DNA from: a virus
Lineage: Duplodnaviria; Caudoviricetes
IMG/VR virus record: IMGVR_UViG_3300046837_000396
Coordinates: 1-64,000 of that record
DNA length: 64,000 nucleotides
Direction: 5' to 3' (one strand)
Shown here: positions 63,102-64,000 of the stretch, piece by piece
How the letters are laid out: each line of letters opens with the position of its first letter
Position numbering within the stretch: position 1 is the first letter of the stretch
The notes under the pieces: model-generated
The model's database searches: none
What the model was told of the DNA's origin: nothing
Seen by the model: only the letters and a program-made list of their open reading frames with translations
Made by a program: the position numbers and the translations under genes

Positions 63102-64000
63102 CAGGACACCTTCGGCTGACGCTTCGTCGGGCCGGCCCCTTTCGGACTCTTCTGCTCTTCACCCTGCGGAAGCTCTTGGTCCATCCTGACCTCGACGTAG
63201 TTCACGCCGCCGATCGTGAACGAGACCCCATCGTCGATCGACCATTCGCCGGAGTACTCGCGAAGTCGGAACGTCGATTGAAACCCCGCGTTCGCGTACG
63301 CGGCCGCATAGGCGTTCGCGAGGTCGGCCGAGTAACCGGCTGCCTCGAGGAATCGGCGGGCCCCGTCCGCGACCAACATCTCCTGCTCGATCCCCGTAAG
63401 GGTCGAGTAGTCCGCATCGCGATTGACCAGGATCTCGAACGCATCCCCCGGCTTCATGTCGAAGATATCGGGATCTTCGTTCCCACCGCCGAACGAAGCG
63501 AGGTTCCGGGTCTTGAGCGTCACGGCGAGCTCGTTCCGACCGACCGTTTCGTAGATCGACTGCGCGATGACCCGCATCGTTTTCTCGTCCTCGATTCCCG
63601 AGACTCGCCAGACGAGATACTTCTGCTCGCTGTGACCGTCCCCGGGGTTCGCGCTCGTCACGATCGCGCTCGCCGGAAACCGAACGACCAACACCTTCTT
63701 TCGCTTCGCGATGTAGGACCGAACCTCGACATTCGTTGGGGCCGTCTTCGCGTACCGGCGCGCGACCTTGTAGCCCAGGACGTTTCGCCCGTAGATGAAG
63801 TGACGGCGCTCCATCTGGAGGCCCGACGGGAGCGTGCGGGTCGTGAACGGATCCTCGGGTCGCTGCGATACCGTGCTCGATAGCATCGAACGGGCCCGCT
63901 GAATCACCACGACGGTCCCCTCGACCATCACGACGTGTCCGAGCGCCCCGCAGGCATCCGTCAGGTAGTCCCAGACCGACATCTTGTTCGGCGACCCACC
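63101..64000 (-). CDS. baseplate hub (gpD/gp27-like), 5'-truncated by the window
   Basis: SVWDYL..AC; immediately upstream of the spike gene. Confidence 0.65.
   Translation of the reverse strand, partial: GGSPNKMSVWDYLTDACGALGHVVMVEGTVVVIQRARSMLSSTVSQRPEDPFTTRTLPSGLQMERRHFIYGRNVLGYKVARRYAKTAPTNVEVRSYIAKRKKVLVVRFPASAIVTSANPGDGHSEQKYLVWRVSGIEDEKTMRVIAQSIYETVGRNELAVTLKTRNLASFGGGNEDPDIFDMKPGDAFEILVNRDADYSTLTGIEQEMLVADGARRFLEAAGYSADLANAYAAAYANAGFQSTFRLREYSGEWSIDDGVSFTIGGVNYVEVRMDQELPQGEEQKSPKGAGPTKRQPKVS

Noticed and set aside
1-64000. Long Arg/Pro-rich + strand and alternate-frame ORFs in the track (e.g. 23415..24398, 45599..46837, 51592..52839)
   Set aside because: They are shadow ORFs of GC-rich genes with no recognisable motifs. 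Many track starts were also trimmed to coupled or SD-supported starts.

Overview
The window is a 64-kb segment of a large, GC-rich contractile-tailed phage. The host is probably a myxobacterium; this is inferred only from an RpoH/SigB-like sigma factor, Cys-rich small proteins and CpG-rich composition. Almost all genes are on the - strand. From left to right: (i) ~27 kb of small accessory genes, including a truncated beta-clamp-like protein, SLT endolysin, GNAT, sigma factor, DUF932, Dam, HNH, Orn-like nuclease, a glycosyltransferase and UvrD; (ii) dCMP deaminase, dNMP kinase, MazG and a HAD nucleotidase interleaved with terminase genes; (iii) a ParB-N / UDP-xylose synthase / GREB1-JGT-like glycosyltransferase / ParB-N cassette; (iv) a T4-style recombination/replication module; (v) a likely origin; (vi) holin/spanin-like and baseplate genes. 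The strongest candidates for new biology are: a putative pentose (xylose) DNA-hypermodification pathway; 11 dispersed copies of an 18-20-bp GC palindrome (ACCGCGCCGCGCGGCGCGGT) found in all three reading frames, with a stand-alone ParB-type DNA-binding protein as candidate reader; five tandem GTGTCTAGACAC operators on mostly leaderless promoters; a second leaderless promoter class; an origin with GATC iterons, opposed GCA-triloop hairpins and a G-quadruplex tract; and two structured ncRNA candidates. All family calls come from motif recognition by eye, not database searches.
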